A stretch of DNA of 64,000 nucleotides, from assembly GCA_964558645.1 (NCBI GenBank), contig CAZLEV010000003.1, positions 96,001-160,000 of the forward strand, read 5' to 3'. Both the position numbers and the translations under genes were made by a program. This document shows positions 8,874 to 19,495 of this stretch, one piece after another. Position 1 is the first letter of the stretch. Every line of letters starts with the position of its first letter. The notes under the pieces are model-generated. The model was not told the DNA's origin and did not search any database. It saw only the letters and a program-made list of their open reading frames with translations. The stretch is from an uncultured archaeon (lineage in GTDB: Archaea; Asgardarchaeota; Thorarchaeia; Thorarchaeales; Thorarchaeaceae).

Positions 8874-10259
8874 ATGCCTTATCACAACACACCCTTGAAA
8901 TACGGAAACTACATCATTGACGAGTTCATTCCGAAGTCGTTGACCGATGTTCAGGTTCTCAAGATTGAAGAGTTTGAGCCGGCCTTTTCTGACTTTGACG
9001 AGAGACTCAATGAGGTGCTTGCCAATCCTCTGGGAACGAAACCATTTGACGGAATGGTTTCAGACCTCTACTCTGAGGGAGAAACGGTCATCATCATAGT
9101 TGATGACAATACGCGTCCGAACATTCACACACGAGCCATTCTGCCTCGATTGACAGGACGTTTGATGAACAGTGGTGTACGCAAGGAAGACATCAAGATC
9201 ATTGTTGCCAGTGGGTCACATGTCCCACCAAGAGCATTTGCACTCGAAAACAAGATTCTCAATTCAGAGCTCTATGCGGAGTGGAAGGATAACATTCTGA
9301 TTCATGACTGTGACTCAGGGAACCGCCACATGGGAAAGACATCTCGAGGTACTCCGATTTTCATTGATGAACGAGTCATAGACTCATGTTTCGTCATTGC
9401 GCTCAGCGACTCGGAGTATCACTACTTCGCCGGGCAGGCGGGTACTGTGAAGCTATTCTGCCCTGGCGTGGCCGGCAGAGAAACCATCCGAGTCAATCAT
9501 CCGAGGATGTTTGATGTAGAGAAGGGATTTGTTCCCGGCTGTCGCTTGGGGAACACCGAGGACAATCCTGTCATTCAAGATATGATTGAGATCACTGAGC
9601 AGATGAAGCAGCATCTCATGATATTCTGCATTGATACTATCGTACACCATGGCGAGATCGTGTACCTGCAGGCGGGTGACATTATAGATTGTCACAAGGC
9701 AGCTTCTGCTCCTCTCAGAGATCTAAGAGTCGTAGATGTTCAGGAACCAGCCGATATTGTGTTTGTATCTGTGGGCGAGCTCGGAATCAATCTATACCAG
9801 GCTGGCAAGGGAGTCCACGCCGCTTGGAATGCTGTTCGTCATGACCTCAAGGGTTGGATTATTCTTCTTGCGCCTTGCCAAGAAGGTGTGGGGAGTGCAG
9901 CATATGAGGAGGCAATGACTGCTGCTAAGGACATGATGGTGAAAGATGCTCTTAGATTCGTGATTGAGAAGTATGGCTCTGAACAGACATTCAAGATAGG
10001 AAATCAGAAACCACCTGACCTTTTCAGAATCCTGCTTGATGTTGCGGAGAAGAACATCAAAGTCGTGACCGAGCTCGATCCTGAGCCAATGGGCGATATC
10101 TATCGGATGGAGGCCTGTAATCCTGAAACTCCTGAAGATAGCCAACGAGTGTTGAGAGAGCTGGTCCAGCGGTATCTGAAAGAGAACCCCGATAACAAGA
10201 ATCCTCGCATCTATGTGCTGGATGACCCTGGGCTCCTTATCAATGTCAAGAACCGTTGA
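8874..10259 (+). CDS. LarA-family nickel-pincer racemase/epimerase (DUF2088)
   Basis: DDNTRP, ASGSH, HYFAGQAGTVK, NLYQAGK, APCQEGVG. Confidence 0.8.
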   Translation: MPYHNTPLKYGNYIIDEFIPKSLTDVQVLKIEEFEPAFSDFDERLNEVLANPLGTKPFDGMVSDLYSEGETVIIIVDDNTRPNIHTRAILPRLTGRLMNSGVRKEDIKIIVASGSHVPPRAFALENKILNSELYAEWKDNILIHDCDSGNRHMGKTSRGTPIFIDERVIDSCFVIALSDSEYHYFAGQAGTVKLFCPGVAGRETIRVNHPRMFDVEKGFVPGCRLGNTEDNPVIQDMIEITEQMKQHLMIFCIDTIVHHGEIVYLQAGDIIDCHKAASAPLRDLRVVDVQEPADIVFVSVGELGINLYQAGKGVHAAWNAVRHDLKGWIILLAPCQEGVGSAAYEEAMTAAKDMMVKDALRFVIEKYGSEQTFKIGNQKPPDLFRILLDVAEKNIKVVTELDPEPMGDIYRMEACNPETPEDSQRVLRELVQRYLKENPDNKNPRIYVLDDPGLLINVKNR

Positions 10260-10364
10260 ACAGGCTTCGATTGTGATGGCCCCGAAAAGGCCTGCGAACG
10301 AGTCAACTGTCAATATCGACCAACAGACCACTGCACTAAGCAGATAGAATATGGTTCAGATTTC

Positions 10365-11801
10365 TTACTCAATCTTCCAGGTGGGGCCATCCTTAGTGTC
10401 AGAGATTGATATTCCCGCGCCTCCCAATCTCTCTCTGATCATGTCAGCAGTTGCATAGTCTTTCTCTTCTCGTGCTCTCTCTCTGAGTTCAAGTAGCAGT
10501 TCAACAGCTTCCTTGAGCATCTTCTGTGAGGCGTCACTTTGGGTATCAGTTGTTCTCTCTATGTCGAGTCCGAGAACAGCAAGAAGTTCTGTGAGTGTAG
10601 CGAGTGATTCGCGAAGCACCGCAGGGCTCTCTGCTTCTGAAGAATGAGTGTTGATTTCACGAACAAAGGAATAGAGTGCCGCAAATGCTCCGGGCGAGTT
10701 GAAATCGTCATCCATCTCACGTTCGAAGTTCTGCCTTACTACCTCGATTGCAGTCCTCAAGATATCGTCTGAATCACCATGACCAAGACCTTTCCGTTCA
10801 AGGATGGAGATTCTGCCACGGATAGTGTCTGCTGCGTTGCGAAATCGTCCCATTGACTGTTCTGCTTGTTGAAGTGCCTGTGTGTTATAATCGAGTGGTT
10901 GCCGATAGTGGCCGGACATGAGGAACAGTCTCACTGCCTGATTGTCAAAATTGTCAAGAACCTCCCGTGCGGTGAAGAAGTTGCCTTCGGACTTCGACAT
11001 CTTCTCAGTGTTTATGGTGAGAAACCCATTGTGTAGCCAGTACTTGACAGGCACATCCACATCATATGCAGCTGATGTCTGGGCAATCTCGTTCTCGTGG
11101 TGTGGAAATATAAGATCCTGACCGCCTCCGTGGATGTCAAATGGAACTCCTAAGTAGTGCTTGCCCATCACAGAGCATTCCATGTGCCATCCCGGTCTTC
11201 CTCTTCCCCACGGGCTATCCCACGACGGCTCACCCGGTTTCTCTGCCTTCCAGAGTGCGAAGTCTCGGGGATCCTGTTTCTTCTCATCAACCCCTACTCT
11301 GGCACCAGCAGCCAACTCGTCTAGTTGGACGCCTGATAACTGTCCATATGCCTGGAACTCGCTTACGTCGAAGTAGACGTCGCCATCGATAACGTAGGCC
11401 TTGTTATGCTCGATTATCTTCTCTATCATCTCTATCATTTGCTGAATATGTTCAGTTGCTCTGGGGTTGATATTTGCAGGTTTGAGATTGAGTTCATCGG
11501 CAATCTGGCGGTATTCTGTGATGAACTTCTCTGCGAGTTCGGAGACCTCTATCCCTTGTTGGTTGGCTCTGTCTATCATTTTATCGTCAATGTCTGTGAA
11601 ATTCGTGACATAGTAGACATTGAATCCGCGATACTCGAGATAGCGTCGGATCATGTCAAAGACAACAAATGACCGAGCATTCCCAATGTGGGGGTAATCG
11701 TACACTGTTGGACCGCAAACATACATGCCAACTTTCCTGTCGTTTAGCGGCCGGAGTTCTTCCTTCTTGCGTGTACGGGTGTTGTAGAGTTCGATCATCA
11801 T
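10365..11801 (-). CDS. cysS: Cysteinyl-tRNA synthetase
   Basis: CGPTVY, HIGN, WHMECS, HGGGQDLIFPHHENE, KMSKS; start trimmed to ATG 11801. Confidence 0.97.
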   Translation of the reverse strand: MMIELYNTRTRKKEELRPLNDRKVGMYVCGPTVYDYPHIGNARSFVVFDMIRRYLEYRGFNVYYVTNFTDIDDKMIDRANQQGIEVSELAEKFITEYRQIADELNLKPANINPRATEHIQQMIEMIEKIIEHNKAYVIDGDVYFDVSEFQAYGQLSGVQLDELAAGARVGVDEKKQDPRDFALWKAEKPGEPSWDSPWGRGRPGWHMECSVMGKHYLGVPFDIHGGGQDLIFPHHENEIAQTSAAYDVDVPVKYWLHNGFLTINTEKMSKSEGNFFTAREVLDNFDNQAVRLFLMSGHYRQPLDYNTQALQQAEQSMGRFRNAADTIRGRISILERKGLGHGDSDDILRTAIEVVRQNFEREMDDDFNSPGAFAALYSFVREINTHSSEAESPAVLRESLATLTELLAVLGLDIERTTDTQSDASQKMLKEAVELLLELRERAREEKDYATADMIRERLGGAGISISDTKDGPTWKIE

Positions 11802-12086
11802 ATCTACCGACTTGAGGAAAGAACTGCTGACATAAAAAGGCCTCTGCAACATTTGCCCATACTTCTCCAGAGAACACTATAGGACAGAATGCAATGACAA
11901 CTCACAACTCCGACTAACTGAGCTGCAAGATACTGTAGGAAGAGCCAGCACTCTGACTGGTCCTGCTAAATGCATCGATGATATATTCTGTGTTGGCAGT
12001 GCTTCGATGGATTGCCGAGGTTCGCGACTTTTATATCGTTGCAGCACAGTCGTTCGGTACTAGATGATGACTGCGGAGACCTAAGA

Positions 12087-12842
12087 ATGGACGAAGACGC
12101 AGAGAAGCTCATAGAACGAGCTCGTGAACTACACCGCGATGAGCGATACGAAGAGGCCGAGAGTATTCTCCGTAAAGGTCTAGAGGGGTATCCTGATAAC
12201 GAAGAACTGAAGGTTGAGCTTGGCATTACTCTTGCGTCAATGGCTCGGGATGAGAGAGCTGAAAGAGTTCTACGCAGTGTTCTTGACACCAATCCTACAC
12301 ATGAGAGAGCAGCAGGAGCTCTCGGACGTCTGCTTGACAGTTGTCTTCGAAGCGATGAGGCCGAGGCAATCTATCGTGACATAATCGAGCTAGAACCAAG
12401 GAGCCATCATGTCTTTGAAGACCTAGTTCGGTTGCTGGTGTCCGAAGGGAGAACGCCCGAGGCCCTCAGCCTTGCGCGGGAACATGCAGAGGCCTACCCA
12501 CGAGACTATGAGGCATATGACGCTCTTCGGGTGGTCCTGCTCAAGATTGAGGATGACATGGACTCATTCCTCGATAGGGATCTTGGGAAACCCGGGAATC
12601 TCCTCAGAGTTCTTTCAAATTATCTTGAGCAGTATTCGGTCTATCGGCAGATGCTGGAGCAGGTTGACCAACAGACACTCGAAACTGAGAATAGACGTGA
12701 GATTCTAGAAGATGAGATCGACCGGGTAATCGCTGAAATATGCGCTCTACGAGATCATATCGAGTCCAACAGAGATGTCCTATCTCCTGGTGTTCTTGCT
12801 GCGGCGGATGAGTTGACATCCCAGAGGTCAGCCTCTGAATGA
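12087..12842 (+). CDS. Tetratricopeptide-repeat protein
   Basis: Repeated A..ILR..LE.YP / LDTNP / IELEP helical TPR-like units. Confidence 0.75.
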   Translation: MDEDAEKLIERARELHRDERYEEAESILRKGLEGYPDNEELKVELGITLASMARDERAERVLRSVLDTNPTHERAAGALGRLLDSCLRSDEAEAIYRDIIELEPRSHHVFEDLVRLLVSEGRTPEALSLAREHAEAYPRDYEAYDALRVVLLKIEDDMDSFLDRDLGKPGNLLRVLSNYLEQYSVYRQMLEQVDQQTLETENRREILEDEIDRVIAEICALRDHIESNRDVLSPGVLAAADELTSQRSASE

Positions 12843-12860
12843 GAGCGACTCGTATTGGTT

Positions 12861-13157
12861 CTACTGCCACATGTAACCAAGGATCTCCTCATCTTGAGGT
12901 TTCTCTGCTTCAGAGATATAGACAATATGCTGATTGCCTTGATTCGCAAGCCAAATATGATATGGCTTTTCTCCGAGGGTTTCAAGGAGATCAACTCTCT
13001 GTTCTGCATCCATTCCCATCACTCTCAGCAGGGTACTGATGTTAACAGCTCTGTCCAAGTTTTTACTGACCGTAGCCATGATTCTCTTTTCTGACCCCTC
13101 TTCCATGTTCAGGATTTCCTTGTTTCTAAGAACCGACTTTATCCTCATCTGCTTCAC
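12861..13157 (-). CDS. Small hypothetical protein
   Basis: Globular-looking 98-aa ORF convergent with the TPR gene. Confidence 0.6.
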   Translation of the reverse strand: MKQMRIKSVLRNKEILNMEEGSEKRIMATVSKNLDRAVNISTLLRVMGMDAEQRVDLLETLGEKPYHIWLANQGNQHIVYISEAEKPQDEEILGYMWQ

Positions 13158-13299
13158 GAGGAGGCATTGTCATGCGCGAGAAATAAGGCTAACTTTCTCA
13201 GACGAGAATGAACCCATCATGTGTTGAATCTCTTTCCCTTAGGAGTGGGGGACTAAGAGGCCTGCGACAAGCCCTGAATAAGCATTGTCAGAGTTGCGT

Positions 13300-13542
13300 T
13301 CATATCTTTCTCTTTTTTCTGAGACGGAGGTGGGTACCCACAAGGCCCGCAGATAAGAGCGCGACGATGCTAAGAATAAGAACCTGAAGATGCAGGCTGC
13401 TCATATCAGATTCAACAACAACAGTGATTACTTCACTTAGTGAATTCCTGTATGGATCTCTTGCTATAACCAACAAGTGATACTCACCTGACAACAGAGT
13501 TACGGTGCTGATAATAGTCCCTGTAGAAGTTTGCGATTGCAG
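13300..13542 (-). pseudogene. Remnant C-terminus of an Ig-like, membrane-anchored surface protein
   Basis: TGTIISTVTLLSGEYHLLVIARDPYRNSLSEVITVVV + TM + RLRKKRK; in-frame TGA at 13543-13545; no signal peptide or N-terminus. Confidence 0.55.
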
Positions 13543-13702
13543 TCATAGGCAGAAGAAGAGGTGTTTCAAGCTGATATCGTGGACCATTTTGAGAACTATT
13601 CTCTAAATTCAGTAATCCTGATGCAGGGCTATTCAGCCCGTTGGTGAGGTTCAGCGCGCCACTAGAACGTGAGGCATCTCACAAGAAAAGGAGTCTAAGA
13701 GA

Positions 13703-14041
13703 TTGTCAGAAACAGGTATTGAACAAGTAGCAGATAAGATCGTCTTCGGTCTGAATCTAGGATACGGCGTCTTTCTCGCGCTATTCTCACTATCCGGTTT
13801 GATATTCCTAGGCCCGATTGCAGCAGTTGGAGTCATGCTCGGACTAGCCCTAGTTCTGATCGCGTGGATGTTCCTCAAGCCGGTGAAGAAGGAAGGACGG
13901 TTGTACGCTATCATCGTCAACATAATCACTATACCCACGGCGGCCCTTCTGCCGTTTCCACTGTGGGCATTCCCGATTACGTTCGCTGTTTTGATTGTGT
14001 TCATAATGCTCGTCCCACCAATTAGAGAACCGCATACGTGA
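13703..14041 (+). CDS. Small multi-TM membrane protein
   Basis: Four hydrophobic segments, SD AAGGAG upstream. Confidence 0.65.
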   Translation: MSETGIEQVADKIVFGLNLGYGVFLALFSLSGLIFLGPIAAVGVMLGLALVLIAWMFLKPVKKEGRLYAIIVNIITIPTAALLPFPLWAFPITFAVLIVFIMLVPPIREPHT

Positions 14042-14159
14042 GACCTTTTGCGGCAACCGTCGGAGGTGGCCATTTCTTTTTCTTCTTCCATCTAGAACCA
14101 GTGAGATGACTGTACATGGACAATGGATTTAAACCAGAACCTTTCCCCAGGGAGCTACG

Positions 14160-15485
14160 TTGAGCCTCCTAGGATATTCAAGACTGAAAGCTAGAGAGTT
14201 CACTGGACTATCCACTTTTCAAATCCTGACATACTTTCGCAGGGCTATCGTCTACACTTTCTTGTCACTCTATCTGCGGTCGCTTGGCCTCTCAACAACT
14301 GAAGTGACCCTAATGGCCACTGTCGGGATGATTGCCAATGCATTCACCCAATCCCTCCTCTGGGGGAATCTACTGGACAAATACAGAAGGCCTGCGGACT
14401 TTATTGCCATTGGTGAGTTTCTTGCTGGCGTTGGGCACTTCTTCCTGGTTATGGGGTATGTCTTCTTCCTCGGTCTGGGCCAAACGATGGCTGCAGGCTA
14501 TGTCATCATTTTTGGTCTGGGTGGGATCGAAGTATTCTGGAGCATGTCGAATGTTGGCTGGTCTGCATTGGTATCCAAACTGACTGATATCGAAGAGAGG
14601 AAGAAGCTCATGGGGCAGTTTTCCACAATCGGTGGCTTCGGTGGAATCGGGGGTGCACTTCTCGGTGGATACCTCTACGATGTTGGAGGCTTCGCTGACG
14701 GCACCATCTTCAATGTCGCGGCAGTCATCATGATAATTTCCAGCATCATTGTGTATCTCACTATCCGCGCTAAGGATGAGGAGGATATTGAGCTCTCTGA
14801 AGAGGAGTCTGATGAGATTCCATCGTTGGGCAGCCTGCCATCTCAGCTCAGAACCGCCTATGTCCTCTTCATCGCAGCCCTGGTCTTCATCAACTTCGGA
14901 AGAAACTCCATATCCATCATCACCAGTCTGTTTCTTGAAGACCCCACTGGATTCGGAGCATCAGGATTGGATATCGCTCTCTTCAGCAACGTGCGCAGCG
15001 CTGCAAACATGATAGCAGGTCTCATCGTGGGTTCGGTGGTCGCGAAGACCGACGACAACAAGGCCTTGATGGCTGGAGTGATAACATCGATTACTGGAAT
15101 CCTTTGGCTGACAATAACTCCTACCTTCACACTCGCACTGATCGCTTCGTTCCTTAGGGGCGCATCAGAGGTCATCATCGGAGCCGCGAGCTATTCGATT
15201 GTTGCAGAAATGGCACCTGAAGAATACCGCGGGAGACTGTTTGCGTACTACAACACTACCTTCTTCCTCTCGTGGGGAATTGCTGCGACACTGATTGCAG
15301 GTCCAGTAGCAGATCTCCTCATCGCTGAGGGTGCATCAAATGCAGATGCCTACCGAGGTAGTTTCATCACTGCGATTGTTCTTGTTTCGATTGGTGTTGC
15401 GTTGCTTCTCTTTGCATTCAGATATGCAAAACGAAACGTCCTCTCTCACTCAGACGAAGATGGAACAGGCGTCATCTCTGAATGA
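14160..15485 (+). CDS. MFS transporter
   Basis: 12 TM pattern, GNLLDKYRR motif A-like, APEEYRGR. Confidence 0.9.
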   Translation: MSLLGYSRLKAREFTGLSTFQILTYFRRAIVYTFLSLYLRSLGLSTTEVTLMATVGMIANAFTQSLLWGNLLDKYRRPADFIAIGEFLAGVGHFFLVMGYVFFLGLGQTMAAGYVIIFGLGGIEVFWSMSNVGWSALVSKLTDIEERKKLMGQFSTIGGFGGIGGALLGGYLYDVGGFADGTIFNVAAVIMIISSIIVYLTIRAKDEEDIELSEEESDEIPSLGSLPSQLRTAYVLFIAALVFINFGRNSISIITSLFLEDPTGFGASGLDIALFSNVRSAANMIAGLIVGSVVAKTDDNKALMAGVITSITGILWLTITPTFTLALIASFLRGASEVIIGAASYSIVAEMAPEEYRGRLFAYYNTTFFLSWGIAATLIAGPVADLLIAEGASNADAYRGSFITAIVLVSIGVALLLFAFRYAKRNVLSHSDEDGTGVISE

Positions 15486-15740
15486 GCTATGTGCTATATC
15501 GCCATAGAACTCTCTGATTGTATGGCGACCCCTCTGTTCTTACGACAACTGCTTGCCATTTTTGCCGATATCATTTTAAGGATTCCGGGAGTGATTTGGA
15601 TTAGGAAGCCGGTTTGGCGGAGCAGCTACGCAACAGACTGCAGATCTGTACCACCTAGGTGCAAATCCCAGAGCCGGCTCCACTTCTTCTTTGGCCTATT
15701 GGCAAGAGAGTGTTAATCGAGTCGCGCTCACTAACTCGAA
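15347..15740 (+). repeat. Left copy of ~395 bp imperfect direct repeat (MFS 3' end + promoter + tRNA-Cys)
   Basis: Aligns at a constant offset of 9841 with 25188-25581; end point approximate. Confidence 0.9.
15608..15682 (+). tRNA. tRNA-Cys(GCA), copy 1, with A-C mismatch in the T-stem
   Basis: Acceptor GCCGGTT/AGCCGGC, anticodon arm ACAGA-CTGCAGA-TCTGT, U73, encoded CCA; T-stem CTAGG/CCCAG; TTTTAA TATA at 15574-15579. Confidence 0.85.
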
Positions 15741-15833
15741 AGTAGGAACATTGAGTACATTAATGGTCTAGATAACACTGCCAAGGAATACGAAGGAAAA
15801 AATACATAGGGCTTATGGTTTACCCTTGCCCCT

Positions 15834-16733
15834 TCATTGGTTATTCTCAACAAAGAAACCCATTTCCTCCAGCTCTCCTCTGAGGACCTTCATTTTTGAT
15901 AAGGTTTCAGAACGTTTGGCGCAAAACAATGGACCGCCTATTTTTCGCTCCGCCAGTTGTTTATCCAGAGAGGTCAGGACTGAACGCAATTCGCTAAGAC
16001 GGTTCTTGAGATTTGCCGCATACGATTTGCTTTCTGATTCAGACACCTGTAAAGGTTTCTGCCGTTCTCTGATTAGGCCATCTTGGATATGAAGAACCCT
16101 GTCAGCATCACGGACCATGTTCGCATCATGTGTAACCATTATGACGGTTTTCCCTAAGTCAGTAACTGAGTGACGAAGATAACCAACTACTTCAAGGGCA
16201 TTTGTGGAATCAAGAATTCCGGTTGGTTCATCAGCAAGAATGATCGGAGGATCATTAGCTAGGGCTCCAGCGATGGCTACACGTTGGCGTTCTCCGCCGC
16301 TCATTTCGGATGGGGTATGTTCAGCCCTTTCCAGAATGCCCACCATCTCCAGGAGTTCAGTCGCACGTTCATGACGCCGCTTCTTGTCAACGTCCATGGC
16401 AATCATCGGAACTTGTACATTCTCAAATGCAGTAAGGGTAGGAATGAGATTCAAATCTTGAAAGACATACCCGATCTTCGTAAGACGATACCTGTCCTGT
16501 TCTTTTTCTGAGAGGGTAGATAGGGTGATGCCATCTACCTCTACCGAACCTGCTGTGGGAACATCTACTGCACTTAGAATATTAAGAAATGTAGTTTTTC
16601 CACTTCCAGAGGGACCCATGATTGCAATGAATTCTGCCTGCTTTACAGTCAGTGATGCTCCTCGTAGAGCTTGCACTTCAACTGAACCAGTACGGTAGAC
16701 TTTTACTAAATCAACAACTCGAATGATATTCAA
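15834..16733 (-). CDS. LolD/MacB-type ABC ATPase with C-terminal helical extension
   Basis: GPSGSGKT, MSGGERQRVAIA, ILADEPTG, VTHD. Confidence 0.9.
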   Translation of the reverse strand: MNIIRVVDLVKVYRTGSVEVQALRGASLTVKQAEFIAIMGPSGSGKTTFLNILSAVDVPTAGSVEVDGITLSTLSEKEQDRYRLTKIGYVFQDLNLIPTLTAFENVQVPMIAMDVDKKRRHERATELLEMVGILERAEHTPSEMSGGERQRVAIAGALANDPPIILADEPTGILDSTNALEVVGYLRHSVTDLGKTVIMVTHDANMVRDADRVLHIQDGLIRERQKPLQVSESESKSYAANLKNRLSELRSVLTSLDKQLAERKIGGPLFCAKRSETLSKMKVLRGELEEMGFFVENNQ

Positions 16734-19495
16734 TATACCTTCCTCCTTTTTACAAGATTGGCATTCCGATTAAACATGTAAAAGATTGAATAAACGGTGA
16801 CGACAACAATCAGTAACTCCACAACAAGTACAACGCTTGATGAAATATCGATGATGAACCTATAAGGCACTCCTTGGGTACTCGATGCACTCATCTGTTT
16901 GATAGAGGAATAGGACAGCAACAAACCCAAAGGTATTCCGATTGTGAATGCGAGTAAGATATGAGTGACAAATCCTGAAAGTAGAATCAATGTCCTTGAA
17001 TGGTGTGAGATCCCCCGCCTCATGAGAGATATCAAGTCCTGCTCCATTCGTAGACTATATGCAGTACAAATAAGTGCAAGCCCGGAGATTGTGACAGCAA
17101 ATCCGAAAGAAGTGGTAATGGTGTTGACTGCATTTGGGCCCCGATATTCAGGGCCACTTAGTAAAGAAACAATTTTTTCACTGGCGATTTCAACACTCGC
17201 AGAAGAATCGATGGCAAGGATTTGCTGTCTAATTTCTTCTATGTTAGCCTCGTCAGATAACCGCGTCAAGATTCTTACCTCATATTGCGTTCTCTCAAGT
17301 ATCTCCACAAAATCCATGGGAACAAGAATACCCTCTGTGATTCCAGTAGCGTCATAATGAGGCATGTAGTCCATCAGTCCACTTACAGTCAGATTAACCA
17401 AGCTAACCGAAAATGGCTGCAAAGATAATGAGAGGGAATCTCCCACACCTAACCCAATTCTCTCAACAAATGACTGTTCAGCAATGCATTGATTTCCATT
17501 GAGCGAAGCGATAATATCGTGACCTGAACTTCCAGAAAACCAGCCGGCTTCGTAATACGCTGAATCTAACCAGCTGTCAACATCAATAGTCGCAACCGAA
17601 AGCCGCTGGTTTACCAGATACATTTGTGCTACGTAGACTTCGCTGTAGACAGGAGTATTCTCATTAACCTCAAGAGCACTTCGGGTCGCATTCAAATAAT
17701 CGCTACTAGATAGTGTTATTGTCATGTCAGAGCCGATTCTGGCTTGAATCGATCTAGTGTCATGATTAAGCTGAGAAGAAGCCAGTATTGGATTCATAGT
17801 TGAGAATGCTACAATGAAACAGAGAATAAAGAGCAAAGAAATGCTGTGTTCCATGTCTCTCATGGAACGGGAAGCAAAAACCGAGCCCAAATCTCCATTA
17901 ATTACTCTCCCTCCTTTGTCAGCTATTTTCTGAGGGAGCTCGAGATACCTAGTTATATACATCGCTATTGCATATGCAAGAATGATAGGACTAATGGGAC
18001 TAATCCACCGGATTACATTGCGTAGAAAGTCCAGAATTATTATTATCAAAGCATTTGATAGCGAGGATATTACCATCTGGTAAATCACATTACCGTCGAG
18101 CAAATCCCACAAGACTTGGATGATGGCAAGAAGAGTCAATGCGACTACGTATCTGAATGGAACGACGGACTCCTCACTTGAGTGATTATCTTCTTCAGAA
18201 TCTGAGTCTTTTATTTGATCAGTTAGCTGCCCATTACGTCCAGCAAGCATCAAAAAACCAGAACAACCAACAGAAAGAAGGGTTGTCAGTCCCAGTACAT
18301 ATAGAACCTGCATGGGAAAAATAGAAACGTGAAAAACAAGAAGGATCGCGCTCTTCGTTTGAAGGAACAAATATAAGAGAAAACCAACAACACCAACAAC
18401 AAATCCAACTACTCCTCCAAGAATTCCGTTTACTATTGATTCAGTGACCGCAAGCAAATTGACATCAGTACCACTGAAACCCCTTATCCGTAATTTACCA
18501 AGATTGACTTTCCGATGTTTCCAAGTAATGCCATATGATACATAGACGAGGTAAGCTGATACAAAGAGAATGTTAATGAGTGATTCTTGAGCTTGAGAGT
18601 TCTGTTTGTTTGACCAAGAAAGAATGTCCTTCATGAGTACGCCCAGATTGTTCGTCACGACAGAGGAAGGTGAAACACTTTGCACAACGTTCTTTGTTGA
18701 AGTGGTGATTTGGGTCAAGTGAAAGATGGAAGATTCTATTTGAAATGGGTTTATTACCTCTTCTCCAATAGTAGACAACAGCCAATTTGAATACCCTTGG
18801 AGAAACTCCAGAGAAAGAGTATCCTCTATGGATTCCATTATCCATCTGTAATCCATGATAACGACGTTGCCATAAATCGAAACGCTCGCATCATGCGCAG
18901 AACTAAGTATACCACGGGATATGTTCTTTTGAGATGATGTCAATTCCCTTGTTCTAATCTCATCGAGAGGTAGGTGGACCTGTTGCAAGTATCCATCTTT
19001 GTATAACGAAATGTTAGCATCGATAAGCGGGTTAATTCCTTCGTAATTGGTGAAATTGCCATCATCAGAAACAACTGCGGCGTTGCTTGCGTGATCTTCG
19101 TTCCATTCTGATGGTCTTACGGATTCGAAGTAGTGAGTATCAGAGTCAATTGCCGCTATTGTAGTGTTATGCCGGATTGAAGGATTCTCCCGTTCGTATA
19201 CAACACCATGAAAGATAGCAAATCGTTCACACGATTCAATTCCTTGGATCGATTTTACTTGTTCAGTTAGTGCTTCTGTTTGACTGCCATTGATACCATC
19301 CGGAGAAATTAGGTTGACTGTCATATCGACAAGAATGTCGCTTCGAGCATCGGAAACCGCTTCAGCACTTGAGAAAGAGAGAATGAGATTAGACTGAGTA
19401 ATCAAGGCCGAGCAAAGAATGAAAGAAATAAGTGTGAAAGTGTAGCCAACTTTGTCTCGGAATAATCCTCGAAGCAAGAGCTCCCTAATTGGCAT
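16730..19495 (-). CDS. FtsX-like ABC permease (duplicated 4-TM + extracellular domain)
   Basis: Two TM-large loop-3TM halves; LGKLRIRGFS, IGSDMTI, LISLMRRGIS. Confidence 0.8.
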   Translation of the reverse strand: MPIRELLLRGLFRDKVGYTFTLISFILCSALITQSNLILSFSSAEAVSDARSDILVDMTVNLISPDGINGSQTEALTEQVKSIQGIESCERFAIFHGVVYERENPSIRHNTTIAAIDSDTHYFESVRPSEWNEDHASNAAVVSDDGNFTNYEGINPLIDANISLYKDGYLQQVHLPLDEIRTRELTSSQKNISRGILSSAHDASVSIYGNVVIMDYRWIMESIEDTLSLEFLQGYSNWLLSTIGEEVINPFQIESSIFHLTQITTSTKNVVQSVSPSSVVTNNLGVLMKDILSWSNKQNSQAQESLINILFVSAYLVYVSYGITWKHRKVNLGKLRIRGFSGTDVNLLAVTESIVNGILGGVVGFVVGVVGFLLYLFLQTKSAILLVFHVSIFPMQVLYVLGLTTLLSVGCSGFLMLAGRNGQLTDQIKDSDSEEDNHSSEESVVPFRYVVALTLLAIIQVLWDLLDGNVIYQMVISSLSNALIIIILDFLRNVIRWISPISPIILAYAIAMYITRYLELPQKIADKGGRVINGDLGSVFASRSMRDMEHSISLLFILCFIVAFSTMNPILASSQLNHDTRSIQARIGSDMTITLSSSDYLNATRSALEVNENTPVYSEVYVAQMYLVNQRLSVATIDVDSWLDSAYYEAGWFSGSSGHDIIASLNGNQCIAEQSFVERIGLGVGDSLSLSLQPFSVSLVNLTVSGLMDYMPHYDATGITEGILVPMDFVEILERTQYEVRILTRLSDEANIEEIRQQILAIDSSASVEIASEKIVSLLSGPEYRGPNAVNTITTSFGFAVTISGLALICTAYSLRMEQDLISLMRRGISHHSRTLILLSGFVTHILLAFTIGIPLGLLLSYSSIKQMSASSTQGVPYRFIIDISSSVVLVVELLIVVVTVYSIFYMFNRNANLVKRRKVY

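Noticed and set aside
15489-15716. 75-aa ORF, and the 66/108-aa ORFs over 25442-25768
   Set aside because: They overlap the tRNA-Cys genes and are spurious.
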